A DNA stretch of 63,925 nucleotides, the filler included, from an uncultured bacterium (GTDB lineage Bacteria > CAYUVA01): assembly GCA_964448115.1 (NCBI GenBank). It is 3 parts of 3 records of this genome, joined end to end, with 100 filler letters (N's around TTAATTAATTAA, not from the genome) between each part and the next. Parts side by side here need not be neighbours in the genome. Positions count along the whole stretch, not along the records: positions 1 to 29,794 come from CAYUVA010000047.1; positions 29,895 to 59,447 come from CAYUVA010000048.1; 1 more part is not named here. One strand, written 5' to 3'. Positions 21,265 through 30,916 of the stretch are shown here, in pieces; the first letter of the stretch is position 1; each line of letters opens with the position of its first letter. The position numbers were made by a program, and so were the translations under genes. The notes beneath the pieces are model-generated. The model was not told the DNA's origin, ran no database searches, and was given only the letters and a program-made list of their open reading frames with translations.

Positions 21265-23193
21265 TTGAATCCTGAAATTCAAACATCGAACCGAAATAAA
21301 GTGCTCTTCGTGCTTGCGCCCATGTGGCACCATGAGCATGCGCCGCTGGCTGCTGCATCGCTTTGCGCTGCGGTCAAGCAAGCCGGTCACCAGGCAGAAT
21401 TCCTCGACCTTAACATAGAGACCTTTCGGCGTGTGGAGGAATCATACCATGGCTACTGGCATCCATCCGAGGCTTATCACTGGAGTTCCCGGCAATTCTT
21501 CAACAAACTTCCCTTTATGAACCAGCAGCTTATCGACTGGTATGTGGGGCGCATAATGGAGCAAGACGCCGATATCATCGCATTTAATATCAACATCGCC
21601 AACAAATTTGCGGTCCTTGATACTATCAGGCAGCTAAAAACGAAGGCGCAGCAAACATACATCATTGCCGGGGGACCGGGGTGTCGCAGAGAAAAAGACT
21701 TTATCGATGATGCCATTGATGCGGGCATAGACGCGATAATATGGGGCGAAGCTGAAAAGACAATCGCTGAGCTAATCTGCCACTTCGATGGCGGTCTGAG
21801 ATCTCCACTTGCCGGGATGAGCCTGCTTGATGATGGCGGTGAGCACTATGGCGGAGTTCGAGACCTTATTAAAGATCTTGATCTGTTACCCTTGCCCGAC
21901 TTTAGCTCATTTCCATTTGAACTTTACCCGTTCAAGCATAAGGTGCTCCCCTTCGAGTCAAGCCGAGGCTGCATCAAGCGCTGCACATTCTGCTATGACC
22001 ACATTTACTGGCAGGGATACAGGCAAAAAAGCCCCCAGCGCCTCCTAGCCGAGGTCAAGCGCCTAAAGGAGCTATACGATGCCGAAGCTCTCGTCTTTAC
22101 CGATTCTATTATAAATGGCAACATGGGGAAGCTGCTCGAATTGGCCAGATTGCTTATCCAGGAGGGGATAGAAATCAGGTGGGGTGGATTCGCTGCCCCC
22201 AGAAGAGAGTTGACTGCGCAGGCGTGCAAGACGCTTAGCGAGGCAGGCTGCTTTAGGCTCGATTTCGGCGTGGAGAGCGGGTCTCAGCGAATACAAACAG
22301 CTATGGGCAAGAAGGTGAAGATCGACCTGGTCTCGCAAAGCCTCAAGGTAGCAGCCAAAAGCGGCATCATGGTCTATGCCAGCTTCATCGTTGGCTATCC
22401 TGGGGAGAGCTGGCTCGACTTCATTAAGACGCTTCGTTTCATCCTGGTTCATCGCCGATATATCTACAAGATAAGCTCGACCAATGTGATCGGCTTTTTA
22501 CCCGGCACCCTTTTATCGAAAGAGCTAAAAGAGGGGGAACTGATGGGTGGTAGGCGCATGGTCGCATATTTAAGGTTGCGCTTGTTGAGATATTGGGAAA
22601 GGCTTTTATTCAAGCGAAGGCTCAACATACAGGAGGCATACTTTGAGCACCTGGAGCGAGCTTATGCTCACCAGGAGAAAAAAGAACACCCCGCAGCGTT
22701 AGTGGCATATAAGAAGGCGGAAAAATTGCTAAGAATTATGCATCGAAGGTATCGAACCATATTCATTGTTCCTGATACTAAGCCATTCGATCTTTATCAT
22801 TTAGGCGCTGAGATATATATAAAATTGCGCAATTATCCCAGGGCATTGAAGGCTTTAGTAAATGCAATATGCTATAAAAAATGCCCCTGGAGTGCGGTTG
22901 AGATATCAAGGTTGGCATTTCTGCTCAATAAAAAAGTTATGGCTTTTTATTGGGCGTATCAGGCTCTGTTTTGGGCAGGGGATAGAGCGAGTGTTCATCG
23001 CGCGGCGGCGGGAATATTCTATGATCTAAATCAGCCGATGCAGGCTATCTGGGCATATCGCGCCGGGCTTAATTGGATCTCGAAGGATAAAGCTGCTAAC
23101 CTACTAGCTGATGTCGAAAAAATGGAAATCGGTGAGAATATCCAAGAGATGATAAACGCTTATGAGACCATCTATGAGGCTATGGAGCGATGA
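21265..23193 (+). CDS. B12-binding domain radical SAM protein with C-terminal TPR-like region
   Basis: LDLNI, IIAGGP, GEAE, SSRGCIKRCTFC, GVESGS, FIVGYPGE. Confidence 0.9.
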   Translation: MNPEIQTSNRNKVLFVLAPMWHHEHAPLAAASLCAAVKQAGHQAEFLDLNIETFRRVEESYHGYWHPSEAYHWSSRQFFNKLPFMNQQLIDWYVGRIMEQDADIIAFNINIANKFAVLDTIRQLKTKAQQTYIIAGGPGCRREKDFIDDAIDAGIDAIIWGEAEKTIAELICHFDGGLRSPLAGMSLLDDGGEHYGGVRDLIKDLDLLPLPDFSSFPFELYPFKHKVLPFESSRGCIKRCTFCYDHIYWQGYRQKSPQRLLAEVKRLKELYDAEALVFTDSIINGNMGKLLELARLLIQEGIEIRWGGFAAPRRELTAQACKTLSEAGCFRLDFGVESGSQRIQTAMGKKVKIDLVSQSLKVAAKSGIMVYASFIVGYPGESWLDFIKTLRFILVHRRYIYKISSTNVIGFLPGTLLSKELKEGELMGGRRMVAYLRLRLLRYWERLLFKRRLNIQEAYFEHLERAYAHQEKKEHPAALVAYKKAEKLLRIMHRRYRTIFIVPDTKPFDLYHLGAEIYIKLRNYPRALKALVNAICYKKCPWSAVEISRLAFLLNKKVMAFYWAYQALFWAGDRASVHRAAAGIFYDLNQPMQAIWAYRAGLNWISKDKAANLLADVEKMEIGENIQEMINAYETIYEAMER

Positions 23194-24293
23194 GCGAATA
23201 CCTGGTTAAAAGACTGTCTGATTGCCTTTCCAAGCAAAGCGAGCCACCGCTTCACACCATTGAGATATCTATCACCGACCGCTGCAATCTGCGCTGCTTA
23301 TACTGCCATTCGATCCAGGGCAAAAGGAACCCGGATGGTGAGATCGAACTTGGCAGGCTAACTGACTTTGTCGATGAAGCTGCTGCAATGGGTACAAAGG
23401 AGTTCAGGATACCAGGCGGTGGAGAGCCTTTCATTAGGAAAAAAGAGACCATGCAAGTTATTCGCCAGCTTAAGGAGCATGGACTTGTTGGAGATATCAC
23501 TACTAATGCTGTCCTGCTGGATGAGCAGGATATACATCAGCTCATTGATCTTGGCTTGGATAAGATCATCGTGAGCTTGGATGGCGTCTCCTCAAAGACA
23601 AATGATTTATTGCGTGGAAGCGGATGCCTGGAAAGGGTGATAAAGAGCCTGGAGAAGATGGCAAATATAAAGGCATTAAAAAACTCAACATTGCCCGAGA
23701 TAGCTATAAACATGGTGTTGACCAAAGTGAACTGGCAGGAGATACCATCTATTATCAAGCTGGCACACTCGCTCCAGGTAAGCCAAGTACTGGTTCAGCC
23801 GATGATAATCTATCATCGCAAGGGTAAAAAGCTAAGGATCAAGCAAAGACATAAAGACAGCGCCAGGTTTAATGATATGCTCAAGACAGCCAAGGCGATT
23901 GCTTATGTAAAGGGGATACAGACCAACCTAGAGCAATTTGAGATAAAGAAATCGGAACATGACCACCAGTTAACCGATGGTAATCCGTGTTTGAATGAAA
24001 TCGATAAAGGTAAACATGAAAAAGAGAACAGGAATCTTGAATACCAGTGCTATCAGCCGTGGTACCTGATGGCGATAAATCCCAGAGGCTTTTTGACCCC
24101 TTGCTCGATCATCTTCGAGGAGAAGGTCGCTTATAAGCCTGGCAATCTCAAGGATATCTGGCTTGGAGAATACTTCACTGGCTTGCGTAACGAGATCGCC
24201 AGTGGAATAATACCCTCTGTTTGCTCAAACTGTTGCCAGGGGCTGCTCGAGGTAAACCAGAGACTACGAAAACAGTTGGCAGCAATCAGTTGA
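23190..24293 (+). CDS. Radical SAM protein with SPASM/twitch domain
   Basis: CNLRCLYC, GGGEP, SLDG; C-terminal CYQPW..PC..CSNC. Confidence 0.9.
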   Translation: MSEYLVKRLSDCLSKQSEPPLHTIEISITDRCNLRCLYCHSIQGKRNPDGEIELGRLTDFVDEAAAMGTKEFRIPGGGEPFIRKKETMQVIRQLKEHGLVGDITTNAVLLDEQDIHQLIDLGLDKIIVSLDGVSSKTNDLLRGSGCLERVIKSLEKMANIKALKNSTLPEIAINMVLTKVNWQEIPSIIKLAHSLQVSQVLVQPMIIYHRKGKKLRIKQRHKDSARFNDMLKTAKAIAYVKGIQTNLEQFEIKKSEHDHQLTDGNPCLNEIDKGKHEKENRNLEYQCYQPWYLMAINPRGFLTPCSIIFEEKVAYKPGNLKDIWLGEYFTGLRNEIASGIIPSVCSNCCQGLLEVNQRLRKQLAAIS

Positions 24294-24352
24294 CAGTTGA
24301 TAAAAATGGTAATCAGCTATCAAGGGTAGAAACATTAAATAAAAACCACTAA

Positions 24353-25174
24353 ATGGACCAACCAGTATCCATAATGAATAGCATAATCACTATGATCACA
24401 GACTTTGGAACCAACGATCACTACGTGGGAGTGATGAAGGGGGTGGTCCTGGGCATAAATCCTGATGCAACCATCGTTGATATCTCTCATGGGGTACGGC
24501 AACAGGATATAAGGCAAGGAGCATATCTGCTCCGTAGCTCATACCGTTACTTCCCGCCGGGCACTATTCATCTTGTGGTGATAGATCCCGGCGTCGGCTC
24601 GACCAGGAAACCAATAATAATTGAGACAAAGAATTACTATTTCGTTGGACCTGACAATGGGGTGCTCTATACGGCAGCCTGCGATGATGGGATAAAGCAA
24701 GCCTATGAAATAAGCGACAAGAGCTGGATGCTAAAGGATGTGAGCCATACCTTCCACGGCAGGGATATCTTTTCGCCAACCGCAGCATATCTATCAAGGG
24801 GAAGGGATCCCTCAAAATACAATGAAAAGCTAGATACCGTAGTTAAGATGCAATTTCCAACTGCATCAGTTCAATCCAAGAAAATACAGGGGGAGGTGAT
24901 CACCAGCGATCGCTTCGGCAACCTGGTTACCAATATAAGGGCAAGACATATAGATCGGCTAGAGAAACAGGCGAAGGGGAGGCTACTTGTCCGCATCGGA
25001 AATGATGTAATCGAGGGGCTTTCCACCTCATACGCCCAGGTAAAAGTGGGGCAACTATTGGCAATAATAGGAAGCAGCGGGCTGCTTGAGATCTCGGTCA
25101 ATCAAGGAAAAGCCAGCGATCGTTATTCAAGCCAGGCTGAGGAACCTACTTATGTAGAAGTTATCATTGAGTAG
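24353..25174 (+). CDS. DUF62 SAM hydrolase (SAM hydroxide adenosyltransferase / chlorinase family)
   Basis: TDFG, VIDPGVG, GPDNG, TFHGRDIF, DRFGNLVTN. Confidence 0.92.
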   Translation: MDQPVSIMNSIITMITDFGTNDHYVGVMKGVVLGINPDATIVDISHGVRQQDIRQGAYLLRSSYRYFPPGTIHLVVIDPGVGSTRKPIIIETKNYYFVGPDNGVLYTAACDDGIKQAYEISDKSWMLKDVSHTFHGRDIFSPTAAYLSRGRDPSKYNEKLDTVVKMQFPTASVQSKKIQGEVITSDRFGNLVTNIRARHIDRLEKQAKGRLLVRIGNDVIEGLSTSYAQVKVGQLLAIIGSSGLLEISVNQGKASDRYSSQAEEPTYVEVIIE

Positions 25175-25267
25175 TGATAGAATTAGCCAGTCCTCTCCCT
25201 CTGGAGAGGATCTTTAACTAACAAGATCAAAGAATACCAGACTAACTACTAACACTCGGAGTGAGAA

Positions 25268-26035
25268 ATGAGAACAAGGCTCGAACCCTGGTTGGCGATA
25301 TCGGCTTTGGTGGCTATCATCTCGCTGGTAGCCTGTAACTGTGTTCACAATCGACCAAGTGATTACGAGATCCAGGCTGCTGAGCTGAATTACCAGTCTG
25401 GCTTGAAGAACCTGTATGCCGGCAAATACGATGAGGCAATCAAGGATTTTAAGAGAGCCATAGGTTACTATGACCGAGACGCTATGTTCTTCAATGGACT
25501 AGGGCTTGCTTACCAGGCTCAGGGGTACTTCGAGATAGCCATCAGGCACTACCAGCAGGCGCTCAAGATAAACAAGGAGATCCCCGATATCTATAATAAC
25601 CTGGGGTCGGCATTCCTGGAGGTCGGCAAGTACGATGATGCGATATATAATCTCAAGGTCGCCCTGGATAATCCCAAGTATAAGGCTCGCGCACCTGCTT
25701 ATTACAACCTTGGAATGGCATATATGGGCAGAGACGAAATCCTGAAGGCTAAGGAGGCTTTCCAAAAGGCGATCGAGACAGAGCCTGATTTTTACAGACC
25801 TTATGTACGAATTGCACAAATACAGTTCGATCAAGGTCTCAACCACCTGGCAATGAATAGCATCAAGGATGCCGAGACATTGGGCGAGGATAGACCACTA
25901 GCCTTATTCGATATAGCTGAATTCTATGAATACATAAATCAGCCCGATATGGCTAAAGAATACTATCTTAAGCTCTTCAGGAGCTATCCGCAACATCCGC
26001 TGGCTGAAAAAGCCAAGCAGAAGCTACGGCAATAG
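25268..26035 (+). CDS. TPR lipoprotein (PilF/PilW-like)
   Basis: Lipobox LVAC; multiple TPRs (YNNLG, ALDNPKY). Confidence 0.8.
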   Translation: MRTRLEPWLAISALVAIISLVACNCVHNRPSDYEIQAAELNYQSGLKNLYAGKYDEAIKDFKRAIGYYDRDAMFFNGLGLAYQAQGYFEIAIRHYQQALKINKEIPDIYNNLGSAFLEVGKYDDAIYNLKVALDNPKYKARAPAYYNLGMAYMGRDEILKAKEAFQKAIETEPDFYRPYVRIAQIQFDQGLNHLAMNSIKDAETLGEDRPLALFDIAEFYEYINQPDMAKEYYLKLFRSYPQHPLAEKAKQKLRQ

Positions 26036-26064
26036 ATTAAAACCAGGAATATCAGGGGAATCCT

Positions 26065-27138
26065 GTGAGATCCCGATACTTGGCTCTGATATTTATCGCA
26101 CTATTGTCTATCCTCCTTGTGCTGATTTATCCCCTATACGAGCCTGATCCCCTGGAACGCTCTTACCAGCAGGCTTACGGTCTTGAGGTATTGCCTCGCC
26201 AGGTATCGGTGCTTAGCGGCATAGTTTTACAGGAGGCACTGCCAACCATTGCTCAATCTCCGTTCTTCGCAGAGCTGAACGAAGAATGTGCTCAGATCAA
26301 TTCCTGGGCGCGCAGCAAGCTAAAACAGAGTATAAACCTCGACTTCCTGGCAGCCTTGCATGAGAACTCAGAAACCAGGCTTTGCGCAGTCGAGCTTAAT
26401 TCAAGGCGAAACCGGGTGCTCAAGGTCGATCAATGCCGACCAATATCCTTCGAGTTGTACAAAACCATAGTCAATATACAGGCTGGATATCAGCAGATCA
26501 CAACCACCCCCTATAAGAAAGTCAGTTTCAAGATGCTAAAAAAGGCGGTTCACCATCCAACAAGCATCCAGAACATCAACCAAGCAATAGCTCAAAGCTC
26601 GACTAAAGCCACCTCAGAGCTAGGAGGGCTAATGTTTATAAGGCATGATGAATCCGGTGAGCCTTATATCGCTCTGATCAATATTCCCGGTCGAGATGAG
26701 CAGTATGTGGAATCGCTTCAACGATCCATGGATGACCTTAATGCCACCATACAACTGCTTAGATCTGGCAGCAAGCATTTCGACTTTTTAAGCTACGAGT
26801 ACGATGCTGCCATGCGTGCGCTATGCTCAAACCTTACGACCAACCAAAAACGCAAACGACTCGACCAGTTCCTTGACCTCTATTTCTTCATGGCTCGCAA
26901 TACATACCTGCCATCTCAAGCATATATCTTCAAGGTGCTCGCTGATGGACTGAAGGGAGACTTTGTCGGGGGCTTTCATGTACATCCGCCGAATAACCAG
27001 CCCTCCTATGAGGACAAGAGAAATTCGCTGATTCAAAGGGTGATAATAATCGTTCCCACTGGTAAGGGATTCACCCTCTACGACCTGATCCCCCACGATC
27101 CCAAAAGCGTTAAAAACAGGGTCATCAAGGTTGACTAG
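26065..27138 (+). CDS. Hypothetical membrane-anchored protein with JAB/MPN-like motif
   Basis: N-terminal TM; ELGG and GGFHVHPPNNQPSYED. Confidence 0.6.
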   Translation: MRSRYLALIFIALLSILLVLIYPLYEPDPLERSYQQAYGLEVLPRQVSVLSGIVLQEALPTIAQSPFFAELNEECAQINSWARSKLKQSINLDFLAALHENSETRLCAVELNSRRNRVLKVDQCRPISFELYKTIVNIQAGYQQITTTPYKKVSFKMLKKAVHHPTSIQNINQAIAQSSTKATSELGGLMFIRHDESGEPYIALINIPGRDEQYVESLQRSMDDLNATIQLLRSGSKHFDFLSYEYDAAMRALCSNLTTNQKRKRLDQFLDLYFFMARNTYLPSQAYIFKVLADGLKGDFVGGFHVHPPNNQPSYEDKRNSLIQRVIIIVPTGKGFTLYDLIPHDPKSVKNRVIKVD

Positions 27139-27260
27139 TTCACGGATTTTTTTATTTTGAGCCAATTGCCTTGACGCCCAGCCGGGCAGTAAGCCAAGCG
27201 ACCTCAATAACTAAAGTCTAAGGCAACTTAGCCGCAACCAAATCTTGATGGCTCTTATAG

Positions 27261-28313
<1,053 letters not shown>

Positions 28314-28401
28314 TTATTGCTATGCTTTTTAACATTTATTCATCCTGGAGACCAATGACATGATCGTTTCCGTAAGCCTAGGAATATGAAAAAGGCTCTA
28401 G

Positions 28402-29088
28402 TTATTGATTCTTGTCTTGGTCATCAGGCTCTACCTTGCCATCCTCTTGTTCTTCTTCATCCTTCTCTTCTTCATCTTTAGGGGGTGGTGGCGGAGTAGC
28501 GGTGAAGGTCTCTTCTTCTTCTTCAGCCAGATGCTCTGGTTCTTCCTCAAGCTCGACTTCGAGGAACTCTTCTTCGGTTTGAGCTGATTCCTCCTCAGGC
28601 TCGGCGATCACCTCATCGGGTGATGTAACCTCGAAGACCTCTTCAGCTTCTTCGAGCTTGGCGGCTTCTTCTTCCTCGAATTCGATAGCGGCTTCTTCAG
28701 CGACCATCTCGGCAGGCATCTCTTCTTCTTCAACCTTTTCTTCAGGCAAAGGCTTCTCTTCAATCTTCTCCGGCATCTCCTTGCCGAACTTAACTACATC
28801 AATTAGCACCTCGGTATAGTATTGCCGGTGTCCCTGCTTGCGGCGGTACTTCTTTCTCCTTTTTTTCTTGCCGACTATGATCTTCTTTGCTCGATCCTGG
28901 TTGACAACGATCCCAGAGACAAGACCGTCAATACCTGGGGAATAGACCGTTTTTTCCCCATCGGTCAGAAGCAGGATATCCTCGAAATTGACCCTGGCAT
29001 TGACCTCGACATCGAGCTTTTCCACCCTTATTTTATCTCCCTGGCTGACCTTGTACTGTTTACCGCCTGTTCTTATGACTGCGAACAT
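28402..29088 (-). CDS. rplU: 50S ribosomal protein L21 with long acidic C-terminal extension
   Basis: MFAVIRTGGKQYKV..KKKRRKKYRRKQGHRQYYT, then ~125 Glu-rich residues. Confidence 0.93.
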   Translation of the reverse strand: MFAVIRTGGKQYKVSQGDKIRVEKLDVEVNARVNFEDILLLTDGEKTVYSPGIDGLVSGIVVNQDRAKKIIVGKKKRRKKYRRKQGHRQYYTEVLIDVVKFGKEMPEKIEEKPLPEEKVEEEEMPAEMVAEEAAIEFEEEEAAKLEEAEEVFEVTSPDEVIAEPEEESAQTEEEFLEVELEEEPEHLAEEEEETFTATPPPPPKDEEEKDEEEQEDGKVEPDDQDKNQ

Positions 29089-29177
29089 CTTTTATCCTCA
29101 CTTTCGTATCATCATAAATTCATACAAGGGGACTATTTACCCAGTTTGGACCCCAAATGTCAAGTTGCTCTCTACGG

Positions 29178-29794
29178 CTACTCCTCTACCTCCAAATAAG
29201 GCCAGAGGTAGCTAACTGCATTACCCTCGTTGACCGCAGCTAACTCAAATAGGTATGGCACAGGTGTCATCCCGGGACCGACCCATAGGTTCTCGAACCC
29301 AAACAAATAGTATGGATCGAACAACCCGATAAACGGTAGATTTACACCTAAGCCAGACTGGTTGTAGTAGATCTCCACATAATCTACAGCTATGGGATTA
29401 GGATCGCTCACCACCGCATAAAGCGCAAAAGGACCGCCATCGACCGATGTTATCCTGGTGTACATATAGCCTGCGCAGACGATTACTGGCTTCTCATAGG
29501 GTGTTGGAGTTGCCGTCAGCGTCGGTGTTCTAGTCGGAGTCCCCGTGGGGACAATTGTTTTTGTTATGGTTGGAGTGGGAGTCGCTGTTTCAAGCTCCAT
29601 AGTCGGGGTATAGGTCGGCGTACTGCTTGGTCGCATGGTCGGGGTTCTTGTATAGGTGGGGCTAGCAGTCGGGGTCTCTGTCAAGCCTGTCGTCTCGGTT
29701 GGCGTGAATGTCGGCGTGCGGCTCGGAGCGAGTGTTGCCGTACTGGTCGGCGTGGCGCTGGGAAGTTGGGTCAAGGTCATGGTCGGCGTGGCGG
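29178..29794 (-). CDS. C-terminal part of a Pro/Thr-linker protein ending in the conserved PYL domain (truncated by contig end)
   Basis: TP repeats run into the gap; [16 protein letters not shown]. Confidence 0.8.
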
Positions 29795-29894
29795 NNNNNN
29801 NNNNNNNNNNNNNNNNNNNNNNNNNNNNNNNNNNNNNNTTAATTAATTAANNNNNNNNNNNNNNNNNNNNNNNNNNNNNNNNNNNNNNNNNNNN
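29795..29894. other. Artificial contig spacer
   Basis: 44 N + TTAATTAATTAA (stops in all six frames) + 44 N. Confidence 0.97.
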
Positions 29895-30056
29895 AGCCTT
29901 TATTTGCAAGATCGAGCTTTTAAAAATGGCAGTGGCACATGGATCCTCAAATTTTACCCCTATGAATACTGGCTTGAAGGGGTGGTTTATAAGCCCTATT
30001 GTAATATTTATCCATCCAAAATGGGGTATCATTCCATTTATATTAGAATAATTTGA
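29895..30056 (+). CDS. Possible 3' end of a hypothetical gene cut by the contig start
   Basis: Open frame from the contig edge, SLYLQDRAFKNGSGTWILKFYPYEYWLEG..RII*. Confidence 0.3.
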   Translation, partial: SLYLQDRAFKNGSGTWILKFYPYEYWLEGVVYKPYCNIYPSKMGYHSIYIRII

Positions 30057-30128
30057 TAATTTAATAAATCTACCTTGTAGAAGTAACAAAACGATGATGT
30101 TTGGTTCGCTTGTAGTACATGAGGCTAC

Positions 30129-30875
30129 CTAAATCACCGTTGAGAACGCTGCCGAGAGGGTCAAGCCCTTGAAGTTATCACATTCCTCAAGGCTCTGATA
30201 ATCGACATCTCCCCAGGCATAGTAGGTCTGCATCCGATATCCAAGTGTGAACGAGATCTGCTGTATGCTCATACCGACGCCGAACTCCAAGTTGTAGGTG
30301 GCCCAATCAAGGTCAATAGCTCCCTCTGAAAAATCGGGATCATATTCATCGCCAATAAAATAAACCAATGACAGGTTACCGAATAAGAAGGGAATGACCT
30401 GTTGTTCAGGATAACTAGTAAGTGGAATTGCACCACCGAATCCTCCACCGATACCAAGCATCTCGTGATCGACTCCAATGATATAATCTCCAGAGGTTGA
30501 TACTACCAGATATTTAATTCCCCCGAAGATTGAGAAATAATTGCTGGTTTTTGTTTGAAGATAAAGGTCCAGGTCCTTTCGGGTCGTCTCATAGCTATAT
30601 CCAGCTTCCTCCATATCCCATGAACCTACCATGTAATTGAATCCTATACCGAAATTATCGAACATTATATCTCCATTGACACCTATCATGGTAGTAGATC
30701 CCTCGTCGCCATCGTTTCTGCCGTAATCTGTTTCAACTTCCCAGTCCCAACTAGGCTGCCAGTAGCGCAGCGAGAATTTGATCCCGGTTGTACCATCCTG
30801 TGCGTAAAGATCCGATTGTAGCGTAAATGTCAGGGCTACCAGTATTGTAATTGAGAGCAAATAAACATTTTTCAT
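30129..30875 (-). CDS. Outer-membrane beta-barrel protein
   Basis: Signal peptide; alternating aromatic/Gly strands; TLGYRMQ; C-terminal GLTLSAAF. Confidence 0.7.
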   Translation of the reverse strand: MKNVYLLSITILVALTFTLQSDLYAQDGTTGIKFSLRYWQPSWDWEVETDYGRNDGDEGSTTMIGVNGDIMFDNFGIGFNYMVGSWDMEEAGYSYETTRKDLDLYLQTKTSNYFSIFGGIKYLVVSTSGDYIIGVDHEMLGIGGGFGGAIPLTSYPEQQVIPFLFGNLSLVYFIGDEYDPDFSEGAIDLDWATYNLEFGVGMSIQQISFTLGYRMQTYYAWGDVDYQSLEECDNFKGLTLSAAFSTVI

Positions 30876-30916
30876 AGAACGAGTCCTCCTACGATTACTT
30901 TTGTTTGTTAAAGGTA

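Noticed and set aside
20908-24293. RiPP cluster interpretation of the radical SAM pair
   Set aside because: No precursor peptide, RRE/PqqD domain, peptidase or exporter is visible; the nearby small ORF looks like a truncated secreted protein.
24353-25174. Halogenase (fluorinase/chlorinase) activity
   Set aside because: The TFHGRD motif is typical of the widespread DUF62 SAM hydrolases and there is no halometabolite gene context.
29795-29894. N run with central TTAATTAATTAA (repeated at 59448-59547)
   Set aside because: Identical 44+12+44 layout with six-frame stops marks an artificial concatenation spacer; adjacency across it has no biological meaning.
29847-30089. Minus-strand 80-aa ORF at the start of contig 2
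   Set aside because: It extends into the spacer and has no recognisable motif; the plus-strand frame looks at least as protein-like.
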